A DNA stretch of 32,288 bases from a virus (Duplodnaviria > Caudoviricetes): IMG/VR virus record IMGVR_UViG_3300025267_003651, positions 1 through 32,288 of that record. One strand, written 5' to 3'. Positions 9,449-18,082 of this stretch are shown here, in pieces; position 1 is the first letter of the stretch; every line of letters starts with the position of its first letter. The notes below the pieces were generated by a model. It had not been told where the DNA came from, did no database searches, and saw nothing but the letters and a program-made list of their open reading frames with translations. The position numbers and the translations under genes were made by a program.

Positions 9449-10000
9449 CTATCGCGCCTCGGCTATGGAGAAGCTCAGGCCAACGAAGCGCAGGCGCTCC
9501 ACCGACCAGGTGGGCGCGGCGTCAAGGAAGCCCTCGATCACTGGCGCGGCGAACGTCATCGCCCCACTCAGCGCCGTCCGCAGCCGCGGGGCCACGGTCA
9601 GGTCGCCGTCGTCATTGGCCGTGACCAGGTGCAGGTAGGACAAGCCGCCGGCTTCGAAACTGAACCACTGGCCGACCGCCACCGCGCCGGCGCCCGTCGC
9701 CGTAACGCTCAGGGACCCTGCCGAGCCGACACCCGTCACCCCGGTCGGCCCGACGCCGACCTGCGGCACAAAGGCCCGCACGGTCGCGCCGGCCGCCTTG
9801 GCGCCCATCTGCGCCGCCACCCAGGCCCGCGCGCAGGCCGCCGACTGGGTCGGCAGCACATAGGCGATCCGCAGCTTGTCGCCGAACCGCAGCAGGGCCT
9901 GATCCGGCCCCCCAAGGGCCGAGCGCAGGACGCCGCCGGCCTCCACCAGCTCGGGATCGAACCGCGTTCCCCGCGGCAGGGCCGGTAGGGAAACGCTCAC
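9449..10000 (-). CDS. Distal tail protein (Dit-like)
   Basis: Real start is probably GTG at 10000, overlapping the TMP stop (GTGA); contains a VAPRLR motif; follows the TMP. Confidence 0.65.
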   Translation of the reverse strand: MSVSLPALPRGTRFDPELVEAGGVLRSALGGPDQALLRFGDKLRIAYVLPTQSAACARAWVAAQMGAKAAGATVRAFVPQVGVGPTGVTGVGSAGSLSVTATGAGAVAVGQWFSFEAGGLSYLHLVTANDDGDLTVAPRLRTALSGAMTFAAPVIEGFLDAAPTWSVERLRFVGLSFSIAEAR

Positions 10001-12567
10001 CGCAGACTCCGCGAGGCCTTGCGCTGCATCTGCGCCGGAATGTTGGACCGCGCCGCCGCGAAGCTGGCCATGCCCGCCTCCGCCGCCCGCGCGTCCGCAT
10101 AGCCCTTGAAGCTCTGCATCAGATCCTCCGTCACGACGGCGCCCTGGAAATTGGCCGGGAAGAACTGCTGGACGACGGTGGCCCGGGCCGTCGGCTGGGT
10201 TTGGCCGAGACCGCGCAGCGCATTGTTCGGCAGCACGCGAACGCCGTTCGCGGTGGACATGACGGGCTCCGGCCCGCGCTCGCCCACCACGCCCCACTTG
10301 CCCTTCGGAATCGTCCCGCCCGTGGCGAAGAGACCGGCGAAGCCGGGGATCAGGCTCGCCAGGCCCCGCTTGATCTGCGCAGCGGCGATATCGGCGATCA
10401 TCTGCCGGAAGACATTGCGCGCCACGTCGCCGAGATCATCGGCGCTCATAGCCGCCTGGACCAGGCCATCGGTCAGCCGGTCGAAGCCGTTGACGCCGAT
10501 ACCCTCCAGGGTCTCGCGGAATCGCTCGGCGCTGGCGTGAGCCGCCAGATAGGCCTCCGCCGGTCCCTGCGTCCCTTGACGGACGGCTGCAGCCCCCAAC
10601 GCCTGATCGCCCTCCAGGGCGGCCAATTGCCGCCGCGCCAGCTCCTTCTGCGCCCGGGTGGACTCCGCCGAGGCCGCCACGGCCTCCAGGCGCACCCGCT
10701 CCTCTTCGATCTGCAGTGCCAGGATGCGCAGCTCGATGTCCCGCCGCTGCGCCGCGGTCTCGGCCATCTGCGCCTGCAGACCCAGCCGGCGGCCTTCGAT
10801 CGCGATTTCACCCAGGCGGTCGTCCAGCGCCTCCTGCGCCAGGGCCTCATCCCGCGCGCGGCGCAGATTGGACTCCTCCGCCGCCCGCACCGTCTCTTCG
10901 GCCGCCGCGACCCGGGCCGCCTGCGCCGCGGTCAGGTCGCCCTGCAGCACTGCATAGTCCAGCTCGGCCGCCCGCGCCGCCCGGTCCATGGCCAGCCCCT
11001 CCAGCTCCAGGGCCAGGCGCGCCTCGGCCTCGGTCGCCGTCGCCATCCGCGCCGACAGCAGGTCGAAGTCCGCCCGGATCAGCAGGTCCGCCGTCCGCTC
11101 CTGCTGGCGCAGCGCCTGGTCGGCCCGTCGCTCGGCCTCCCGCCTCGCCTTGCTGGCCGCCCCGCCGCCGCTGGCGCCTCCCACAGGGTTGAGCTGATCG
11201 CCGGAAAGCCCGAATCCGCCCGCGGCAGAGGTCGCCGCGGCCTGAGCCTCGGCGACTATGGCTTCGCCGGCCGCCTTCGTCTGGCGCTGACGTTCCGCAT
11301 CGATCGCCTTGAACTCAGTCCGGAAGCGCTCCAGCAGGACCTTGGCCTGGCCCTGGGGATTGCCGCCGTCCAGCTTCTCATAGGCCTTGATATTGGCCTC
11401 AGCATAACGGGCGGCGGCGGCCAGCTGCGCCTCATTGGCCTTGCCTGGGCTTTCGGCCACGGCACGATAGTTTTGCGCCCGGAAGGTCGAGACGCCGATC
11501 GCGGCGCCCCCAGCGGCGACGCCAGCGCCAAGAGCGGTTGCCCCGGCGCCGGCTGCAGCGCCCGCGCCGCCCAGCGCTCCAGCGCCGCCCAAGGCGGCGA
11601 GGGCGAGCTGCGCATTCCGCGCGTAGGTTATGAGCTGAGCCAGGCCGCCGATCGCCGCGACGACTGGGCCGCCAGCAGCGACCAGGGCTAGCAGGCCGAG
11701 GCCCGCCGCCTGGGTTCCCTGCGGCAGCTCATTGAACCGGGCCAAGGCCTCAGAAGCCCAGCCCAGGACATCGTTGGCGACCGGCAGGAACTGCTCGCCG
11801 AAGGCCGCCGCGGCATCTCGCGTCTCGCCCTGCAGCTTCTTGAACTGGTTGGCGGTCGAATCGATCGTGTCGGACGCATTGCCCGCGGCGATCGAAGTCT
11901 CACGCAGGATGATGTTCGCCCGCGCGATCTGCTTGGCCTGCTCGGACGCCTCCTGCGCGCTGCCCTTGAAGCCCAGCCTCAGCAGCTCCGCTTTGAGGGC
12001 CACGTCATTCATCGTGACGCCCAGGGACTTCAGCGGTTCAGCCTCACCAGACAGGCCGCTGAAGAACTTCTGCGCTACATCAGCGTCGTTCAGATTGAAC
12101 AGCGAACCGACATCGATGGCGCGGGCTTGCAACTCGCGGGTGATGGCGTCCGCCGTCGCAGCATCCTGGTCCTTCAGGAGCAGGCGAAACTTGATCATGC
12201 TCTCCTGAATTTCGAGCTGCGAGCGCCCGACTTCCTGGGAAAGCGTCTCGGCATAGGCCTTGGCGCCGGAAGCGCCCTCAGCGAACGCGATCTTGAAGGC
12301 GTCCTGGATCTCGCCGGCCGCAGCAGCGGTCTTGATCGAATAGCCGACGATGGCGCCCATCGCGACGCCAGCCAGCAGCGAGGCGCGCCCGAACCCAGCG
12401 CCAAGACCCTCACCCAGCTTCGACAGGTTCTTGTCCAGCTCGCGCTGGCGCCTTTCGATATCGCGGGAGGTCTTGTCGAACTTCCCCTGCGCACGCGCCA
12501 GACCCTTCTCCATGCCGCGGATGTCCGCCGAAAGGGTCAGCACCAGCTGCTCTAGGTCTCGCGCCAT
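9997..12567 (-). CDS. Tail tape measure protein
   Basis: About 856 aa, Ala-rich helical, with central hydrophobic segments; N-terminal LVLTLSADIRG and C-terminal FATGG..VVGERGPE. ATG at 12567 has a GAGGGG RBS. Confidence 0.92.
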   Translation of the reverse strand: MARDLEQLVLTLSADIRGMEKGLARAQGKFDKTSRDIERRQRELDKNLSKLGEGLGAGFGRASLLAGVAMGAIVGYSIKTAAAAGEIQDAFKIAFAEGASGAKAYAETLSQEVGRSQLEIQESMIKFRLLLKDQDAATADAITRELQARAIDVGSLFNLNDADVAQKFFSGLSGEAEPLKSLGVTMNDVALKAELLRLGFKGSAQEASEQAKQIARANIILRETSIAAGNASDTIDSTANQFKKLQGETRDAAAAFGEQFLPVANDVLGWASEALARFNELPQGTQAAGLGLLALVAAGGPVVAAIGGLAQLITYARNAQLALAALGGAGALGGAGAAAGAGATALGAGVAAGGAAIGVSTFRAQNYRAVAESPGKANEAQLAAAARYAEANIKAYEKLDGGNPQGQAKVLLERFRTEFKAIDAERQRQTKAAGEAIVAEAQAAATSAAGGFGLSGDQLNPVGGASGGGAASKARREAERRADQALRQQERTADLLIRADFDLLSARMATATEAEARLALELEGLAMDRAARAAELDYAVLQGDLTAAQAARVAAAEETVRAAEESNLRRARDEALAQEALDDRLGEIAIEGRRLGLQAQMAETAAQRRDIELRILALQIEEERVRLEAVAASAESTRAQKELARRQLAALEGDQALGAAAVRQGTQGPAEAYLAAHASAERFRETLEGIGVNGFDRLTDGLVQAAMSADDLGDVARNVFRQMIADIAAAQIKRGLASLIPGFAGLFATGGTIPKGKWGVVGERGPEPVMSTANGVRVLPNNALRGLGQTQPTARATVVQQFFPANFQGAVVTEDLMQSFKGYADARAAEAGMASFAAARSNIPAQMQRKASRSLR
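10237..10251. repeat. Dispersed palindrome copy 3 (GCGAACGCCGTTCGC), inside the TMP gene
   Basis: Read directly from the sequence; extends to 17 bp (C...G); encodes A-N-G-V-R. Confidence 0.9.
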
Positions 12568-12577
12568 ACTCGCCCCC

Positions 12578-12811
12578 TCATCCGTACTTGGCCACGAGGG
12601 CGTCATGCTCGTCTGGCGTCGGCGGCTTCACCGGCTCTTCGGCGCCGTTGGCCCGCGCCCAGCCGCGCAGCGCCTCGCCGAATTCCCAGAAGCTTAGGTC
12701 GTCTGTTTCCCGGGGCGTGAAGCCGATCGCCGCCCCTTGGCCGTAGAGGTGCCCGAAGCGGAGCTTGCCGTTCGGGAGCGCGTCTTCCTCCGCGTCCCCG
12801 TTTTGGTCTCC
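12578..12811 (-). CDS. Tail assembly chaperone T segment, reached by -1 frameshift (not in the ORF track)
   Basis: The -1 frame after the slippery G GGG GAG (12808-12814) reads GDQNGDAEEDALPNGKLRFGHLYGQGAAIGFTPRETDDLSFWEFGEALRGWARANG...VAKYG* and stops just before the TMP start. Confidence 0.8.
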   Translation of the reverse strand, partial: GDQNGDAEEDALPNGKLRFGHLYGQGAAIGFTPRETDDLSFWEFGEALRGWARANGAEEPVKPPTPDEHDALVAKYG

Positions 12812-13140
12812 CCCGGCGGCGGAGACTCATCAGGCACGCCCACCACGCTGGCCATGACCACGGCCTGGGCCAGGGGCGTGAACTGCGCGAGGGGCAGGTC
12901 GTCAAAGTTGGACTTGAGCAGCTGATCGGCCTCGGCCACGGCCATGCCGCCGCCGATCAGGCCCTGGCGGATCACCTCGCGGAGGTCGTCAACGCGCCAG
13001 GAGCCGTCCGTGTAGCGGCGCAGCAGCTCCATGGGCCCGGCGTCGCACCGCTCCTGAACCGCACGCCACCGGCCGATGGGGAGACGGAACAGCCGCTCCC
13101 CATCGGCGAAGTCGAGTTCGACCTCTGCGGCGCGGCTCAT
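12694..13140 (-). CDS. Tail assembly chaperone G (GTA gp10-like)
   Basis: Contains FADGERLFRL and DLREVIRQGLIGGG; lies between the major tail protein and the TMP. Confidence 0.85.
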   Translation of the reverse strand: MSRAAEVELDFADGERLFRLPIGRWRAVQERCDAGPMELLRRYTDGSWRVDDLREVIRQGLIGGGMAVAEADQLLKSNFDDLPLAQFTPLAQAVVMASVVGVPDESPPPGETKTGTRRKTRSRTASSASGTSTAKGRRSASRPGKQTT

Positions 13141-13589
13141 CAGGTGTTGGCGTCCACAGTCACTTCGCCGTCGGAGGCCAGGCTGAGGGAGTTTTCCATC
13201 TTGCCGCCCCGGTCGCCGGTGATCTCGAAGTCAGTAAGGTGGAAGGCGCCTTCGAAAATCACCCCGCCATCGACGCTGGGCACGTCCACCACGATCTGGC
13301 AGTTTTTCGATTCCGGCGAGACAAACCAGTCGTAGAACTCTTCCACGTCCGGCGTGTTCAGGATCCCGGCGCCCGTGACGGCGACCGAAAGCCCGTCCTT
13401 CTCCCGCGCCACCCAGGCGATGGTTTCCGGATCGTCACAGTCGGGGATGTTGAAGTCGTTCGTGGTGGACGAGAAGCTGATGCCCCGCGCCGCGTTGATC
13501 GAGCAGAAGGCCGCGAAGACCTCCGGCGAAGCGCCATTGCCCACCTTGAGCAACAGCTTCACGCCACGGGCGTGTTTGACGGCCGCCAT
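13140..13589 (-). CDS. Major tail tube protein (TP901-1 / Phage_tail_2 type)
   Basis: Contains G..LLLKVGNGASPEVF, FEGAFHLTDFEITG and SLASDGEV. Confidence 0.9.
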   Translation of the reverse strand: MAAVKHARGVKLLLKVGNGASPEVFAAFCSINAARGISFSSTTNDFNIPDCDDPETIAWVAREKDGLSVAVTGAGILNTPDVEEFYDWFVSPESKNCQIVVDVPSVDGGVIFEGAFHLTDFEITGDRGGKMENSLSLASDGEVTVDANT

Positions 13590-13675
13590 GGGCAGGCTCC
13601 TTCAGTTCTGTTTGGGGATGCGGCTTGCCAAAGGCCTGATCGGGCGACCCGCAGCGCGGGATGTCGCGCCGGCGC

Positions 13676-14095
13676 CTAGGCGGCGCTCGGCATGGTCAGA
13701 TAGCGGAAGGTCATCACCACGTGGGTGGCCCCACCGGGATCGGGCAGGAACCGGCTGTCCTGATACTCCGCCAGAATGGTCTCATGACCTGCGATGGCCA
13801 GATCCGCCGCCAGCAGACTCCTGACCACGGCCTCCATGCGCCGGGCCTGAACCCTGGAGGGCGGATTGGGCCGGCTCCACAGATGCACGGTGGAGAAGAT
13901 CTCCGACCCGTCCTGACAATCGTCGCCGTCGTCGATCACCTGGTCGTCGCCGATCAGGACATAGGGCATGGCGGCATTGGTCGGCGCGATCTCGTATGCC
14001 AGGACCTGCGCCAGCCCCATGGCCGTCGCCAGGGCGCCTGAGCCCCGCAGCGCCGCGGCCTGCGCCACAGCAAACCGCTCTGCGATGTCGCTCAT
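13676..14095 (-). CDS. Tail terminator (DUF3168)
   Basis: Contains PYVLIG, TVHLWS and HVVMTFR; position matches. Confidence 0.85.
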   Translation of the reverse strand: MSDIAERFAVAQAAALRGSGALATAMGLAQVLAYEIAPTNAAMPYVLIGDDQVIDDGDDCQDGSEIFSTVHLWSRPNPPSRVQARRMEAVVRSLLAADLAIAGHETILAEYQDSRFLPDPGGATHVVMTFRYLTMPSAA

Positions 14096-14577
14096 GGCTT
14101 GGTCACCGCCGCGCCGATGGCGTCCTTGGCCGCCTTGTTCCGCGTGCGCTTGAAAGCCTTCTTCTTCGCCCGATAGGGCGGGAAGAAGAACGGATTGGCC
14201 GGCATGTCCTCAGTTCCGAACTCCTGGCCCAAGGCATAGTCGTAGGTCACCGACTTGCCGCCCGCGAGCTTCTTGCGCCCCCGGGTGTCGCCGGAATTGA
14301 TGTTGACCTCGCTGTCATAGGTCCGCGACCCGATGGCCCTCGTGGTCCGCGCGCCGCCGGCTTCGACAGTCATGGCGATGCGGTTGGCGTTGGAGGTGTC
14401 GGAGAACCGGATCGACGCCCGCAGGTCGCCGTCTTCCACCGGCGCGAAGCCCCGCTGCGAGACCACCAGCTCCGCCGCATTGGACCGCAGCCGCGCCCGA
14501 ACCTGCTTTCGCACGCCAGGCGGAATGGCCCGCAGCCGGCGGCTGGCGCGCTTGGCGTTCTTGAACCCTGCCATCAC
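14092..14577 (-). CDS. HK97 gp10-family neck/tail completion protein
   Basis: Contains APVEDGDLRASI and EFGTEDMPANPFFFP. Confidence 0.88.
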   Translation of the reverse strand: MMAGFKNAKRASRRLRAIPPGVRKQVRARLRSNAAELVVSQRGFAPVEDGDLRASIRFSDTSNANRIAMTVEAGGARTTRAIGSRTYDSEVNINSGDTRGRKKLAGGKSVTYDYALGQEFGTEDMPANPFFFPPYRAKKKAFKRTRNKAAKDAIGAAVTKP

Positions 14578-14909
14578 TCCCCCCGCACCATCTCGGCCAG
14601 GATGTCGATGAAACCCGCCTCGCGGCTGGAAGCCGCCGACTTGATGTCGAACACCTGCGCCAGGTCATGCGCGTTCACCGCCCGCCAGCTGTTGTCGATC
14701 GCCCGGGTGGCGGCGAACTCGCGCACCGTGATCACCACGGGCTGGCGCCCGGCCAGCCGCTGGGCCAGCACACCCTCGCCGCCCCGCAGCCAGGTCAGCT
14801 GCGCCCAGACGGTCAAGGGCTCGCCCCAGTCCCCCAGGCGAACGCCGTTCGCGTCCGGCTCCCGCTGTGAGAACGAGATCCGGTCCTTGAGCTGGCCGGC
14901 GCCCGGCAT
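14574..14909 (-). CDS. Head closure / head-tail adaptor (SPP1 gp16-like)
   Basis: Contains AGQLKDRISF, TVWAQ and VFDIKS. Confidence 0.85.
   Translation of the reverse strand: MPGAGQLKDRISFSQREPDANGVRLGDWGEPLTVWAQLTWLRGGEGVLAQRLAGRQPVVITVREFAATRAIDNSWRAVNAHDLAQVFDIKSAASSREAGFIDILAEMVRGE
14838..14852. repeat. Dispersed palindrome copy 4 (GCGAACGCCGTTCGC), inside the head closure gene
   Basis: Read directly from the sequence; encodes A-N-G-V-R. Confidence 0.9.
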
Positions 14910-15736
14910 CAGGCCGCGGACTCCGTGCTCGCCCCAGCCTCGACCTCGGCTTCCGCCTGCGGCCGGGTGGGCGCACCCAGCTCCACCGCATCGCCATCAG
15001 CCACCAGCTGGTCGCCCCAGGCCCGTTTGGTCGCGCCGGCCCATCCGGCCTTGAATTTCACCGACGCCCGCCGCCCCGGCAGGGTCAGGATCCGATCGCG
15101 CAGCACTTCGATATGCATGACCTCAGTCCTTTCGATTTGAGCCGGCCAGCCCTGCAGCGGGACCCGCTGCGGCTGCGGCTCCGGCGCCGGCGGCGACACC
15201 ATCCGACCGCCCCCCAGGCTCGCCAGCCAGGCCGCGTCGGGCTGACCCAGCGCCTCGGCCGTCCAGCCGGACATGGCGCGGATCTCCGCCCCCTCGGCCT
15301 GGGCGGCCAGGAAGCCCGGCCGGTAGCGCGCGAACTCGGTCCACGGCCCCGGCCAATGAATGTGTCCGTCCTCGGCCGCCATCGGCACGCCGCAGAGGAT
15401 CGCGCCGGCGCAGCCCAGGCGCTCCAGCGCCACCTGCGCCATGTAGAGGCCGGATGAGCCGTACCAGCCCTGCGGCAGGATCTCGGCCGACACCCCGCGC
15501 CGGGCCTTATGCATGAAGAACCGATAGTCGGTGTTCAGCCCCCGCCCCGCCCGCTCGGCCCGCCAGGGCGCACACATCTCTGGATGCAAGGTCACCCAGG
15601 CGTCCAACCGCCCCTCATAGGCGATCCCAGCGAAGTTACAGGCGACCACCAGGGCTGGCGCGTCACCGACGAGCGCCCGCGCCCGCTCCAGATCTTCCCA
15701 GACCGACCGCGCCCCGCCGAGGCAAAGCGCGATCAT
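14909..15736 (-). CDS. Putative GT42/GT29/Maf(DUF115)-fold transferase fused to a small head-associated domain
   Basis: Start at ATG 15736, just after the connector stop. Motifs ALCLGGA, VVACN, DAWVTLHPE and GSSGLYMAQVALERLGCAGAILCGVPM; a Pro-rich linker precedes a 69-aa C-terminal domain. Confidence 0.55.
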   Translation of the reverse strand: MIALCLGGARSVWEDLERARALVGDAPALVVACNFAGIAYEGRLDAWVTLHPEMCAPWRAERAGRGLNTDYRFFMHKARRGVSAEILPQGWYGSSGLYMAQVALERLGCAGAILCGVPMAAEDGHIHWPGPWTEFARYRPGFLAAQAEGAEIRAMSGWTAEALGQPDAAWLASLGGGRMVSPPAPEPQPQRVPLQGWPAQIERTEVMHIEVLRDRILTLPGRRASVKFKAGWAGATKRAWGDQLVADGDAVELGAPTRPQAEAEVEAGASTESAA

Positions 15737-15737
15737 G

Positions 15738-16289
15738 TCAGACGGTCTTGCGGCAATGGGGACCAATAAGCCGGTCGATGTCCTCAGCGTTTGACCCCGG
15801 GGGGGCGTACTGATCGCCCACCATGAGCATGATCGCGACCTGCAGCCCGCGCGGCACGTCCTCCGGGGCCACACCCGCGACGTAGGTCACCCTGACGGCG
15901 TCCGGCCGTTGATAAACCCCCGGCAGGGTCGCGCCGGGCGCGGGGGCAACATAGCTGCCCGCCGCATCCGTCAACAGCACGTAGGCGTCGGCGGCCAAGG
16001 TCTGCAGGCCGCCGGCGCCATCGTAATAGGTTACGGCCTCGATCGAGGCGACGGGGGCGAGCGCCAAGCGCAGTTTCGGCTGGAAGCTGGCGAAATCCTG
16101 CCGCCAGGTCTGAGTGACGATCGCCCGCCCCAGCAAGCCTCGATAACCGTCGAGTCGGTCTGTGGCGGCCTCGATCAGGGTGTCGAGGAGGTCATCGTGG
16201 TCGCTGAAATCGATCCGCAGGTGGGCCTTCACCGCCGCCAGAGTGACGGGCTGGGCGGCCGGCGCGGCGGTGCGGACGGGTGCGAGCAT
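15738..16289 (-). CDS. Head-tail connector (HK97 gp6 / phiE125 gp8-like)
   Basis: Contains PVTLAAVKAHLRID, LGRAIVTQTW and AVRVTYVAG. Confidence 0.9.
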   Translation of the reverse strand: MLAPVRTAAPAAQPVTLAAVKAHLRIDFSDHDDLLDTLIEAATDRLDGYRGLLGRAIVTQTWRQDFASFQPKLRLALAPVASIEAVTYYDGAGGLQTLAADAYVLLTDAAGSYVAPAPGATLPGVYQRPDAVRVTYVAGVAPEDVPRGLQVAIMLMVGDQYAPPGSNAEDIDRLIGPHCRKTV

Positions 16290-16300
16290 CACGACTCCTC

Positions 16301-16336
16301 AAAAGGGAAGAGGGCCGGGCCGCTCAGGCCCGGCCC
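16301..16336 (-). terminator. Intrinsic terminator after the capsid/decoration genes
   Basis: 10-bp GC stem GGGCCGGGCC / GGCCCGGCCC with a 5-nt loop, followed by TCTTCCCTTTT on the minus strand. Confidence 0.65.
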
Positions 16337-16341
16337 AGCCA

Positions 16342-16728
16342 TCAGGCGACCGGCGCGTTGGCCGGATGCCCGCGAACGACCATGGCGCCGGCGACGATCG
16401 AGGTGCCCGACTGCTTGGTGATGAGGGCGCGCACGTAGCGCTTGTTGCCCACATAGCCCTGCTTGTAGACGCTGGCGGCGGCGAGGCCGGCCGGCAGGGC
16501 GCCGAGCAGGTCGGCGGCGGCCACATCGGTGAAGTCCTCGCTGGTCACGGTCACCGACTCCTGCAGGCGGACGTCGTAGAGCCCGGCCGAGGCGATGGCG
16601 CCCGTGTTCACGATAAGGGTCGCGCTGTTGAAGCCCTGGAGATCGACCACATCGCCGGCCAGGGTGGCGGTCTGCGCCACCGGGGCCAGCGTCTGGACGA
16701 CGCTGACGTCAGAATACATGTCCTTCAT
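16342..16728 (-). CDS. Capsid decoration / cement protein
   Basis: 128 aa, beta-rich, directly after the MCP; contains VDLQGF, LQES and GYVGNKRYVR. Confidence 0.65.
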   Translation of the reverse strand: MKDMYSDVSVVQTLAPVAQTATLAGDVVDLQGFNSATLIVNTGAIASAGLYDVRLQESVTVTSEDFTDVAAADLLGALPAGLAAASVYKQGYVGNKRYVRALITKQSGTSIVAGAMVVRGHPANAPVA

Positions 16729-16761
16729 GGGACTGGCCTTTCAGAGAATTAGAGGGGGTTG

Positions 16762-16789
16762 GGCTGGGGCGAACGTGGCCGCCCCAGCC
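16762..16789. other. Stem-loop between the MCP and decoration genes
   Basis: GGCTGGGGCG-8 nt-CGCCCCAGCC with no U tract; possibly an mRNA stabiliser. Confidence 0.5.
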
Positions 16790-16797
16790 GGACGAAC

Positions 16798-18069
16798 CTA
16801 GGACGCGGCCACCTTCAGCAGCTTGATGGCCTCGAAGTTGACCACGGCCCCACCCACGCGCTTGGTGGTGTAGAAGTGGACGTTCGGCTTGTTGGTGTAG
16901 GGGTCGCGCAGGACCCGGACACCCATGCGATCGACGACCAGGTAGCCCCGGTTGAAGTTGCCGAAGGCGATGGGGAAGGCCCCGGCGCCGACCGCCTGCA
17001 TGTTGTCGTCGTTGTAGACGGGCTTCTGCAGGATCGTCGCCACCTCGGCCCCGGCGGTCGGCGGCGCCCAGATATAGGCCCCGTCTGCGTCCTTGAACTT
17101 GCGCACGGTGGCCATGGTGGCGTCCGACATCAGCCACGACGCCCCGTTCCGATAGCCGGACTTCAGCGCGTAGTAGAGGTCGATCAGACAATCGGCCGGC
17201 GAAACCGAGGCGGTCGGGGTCTTGAAGACCGCAGCCTCGCCGGTCGCGACGTAGCCGAGGCCGCCCCACGCATACGACCCGTTGGCGACGTTGGCGTAGG
17301 ACAGCAGGCCGCGAGGCTTGTTGACCCCGTCGCCGGCCACGAAGGCTTCACCCTCCTGTTCGGCGAACTCGACGCTCACCTCCTCCGCGAGCCAGGCGGC
17401 GATGTCGATGCGCCCATCGTCCAGAGCCTTCTGGGTGGTCGCCGGATTGGCATAGAGCTCATGGGCGTTCACCGCGATCTCGCGCAGAACGGGGGTTCCG
17501 GTCTCGGGCCGGCTCTCGCGCTCGCCGACCCAGCCGGAGCCGGCGCCGCCCATATTGATCAGCTTCTTGTAGGTATCCGTCGAGATGGAGATGACGCGGG
17601 CCAGGGACCGCAGCGTCGAGACCGTGCCAAGAACGCGGTCGATCCCGGCCTCGGTCTCTTCCGGCACCAGATAGCCGCCGTCGGGATCGGAGTCGGTGCG
17701 CAGCTTGGCCTTCACCTCAAGGCCATGCAGGTCGTTGTCCACGCCCTTGCGGAAGAAGCGATCGAACGCGGTCGCATGGGCGGCCTTGTCCGGGTCGGAG
17801 TCCTTGCCGGCGCCGCCGACGATGGCGGCGGCGGCCTTGGCGTTGGCATCGTCCACGGCCTTTTGCAGCTTGGTGATCTCCGCATTGATGCGGTCCACCT
17901 GTTCGGTCTGGACGACGTCGCCCTGACCCTTCTTCAGGTCGGACAACTCCTTGTCATGGGCGGCCTTGAAGTCCTCAAAGGTCTTGGTCAGCTTGTTGAC
18001 CACATCGAGGACGCTTGCATCGGCGCGCGCGGCGGCGACGCCGCGGAAGCGGCGAGCTTGGGTGTTCAT
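16798..18069 (-). CDS. Major capsid protein, HK97 family
   Basis: N-terminal coiled-coil delta domain; contains DGGYLVPEE, GDGVNKPRG and RDPYTNKPNVHFYTTKRVGG. Confidence 0.96.
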   Translation of the reverse strand: MNTQARRFRGVAAARADASVLDVVNKLTKTFEDFKAAHDKELSDLKKGQGDVVQTEQVDRINAEITKLQKAVDDANAKAAAAIVGGAGKDSDPDKAAHATAFDRFFRKGVDNDLHGLEVKAKLRTDSDPDGGYLVPEETEAGIDRVLGTVSTLRSLARVISISTDTYKKLINMGGAGSGWVGERESRPETGTPVLREIAVNAHELYANPATTQKALDDGRIDIAAWLAEEVSVEFAEQEGEAFVAGDGVNKPRGLLSYANVANGSYAWGGLGYVATGEAAVFKTPTASVSPADCLIDLYYALKSGYRNGASWLMSDATMATVRKFKDADGAYIWAPPTAGAEVATILQKPVYNDDNMQAVGAGAFPIAFGNFNRGYLVVDRMGVRVLRDPYTNKPNVHFYTTKRVGGAVVNFEAIKLLKVAAS

Positions 18070-18082
18070 GGGGGCGGCCCTC

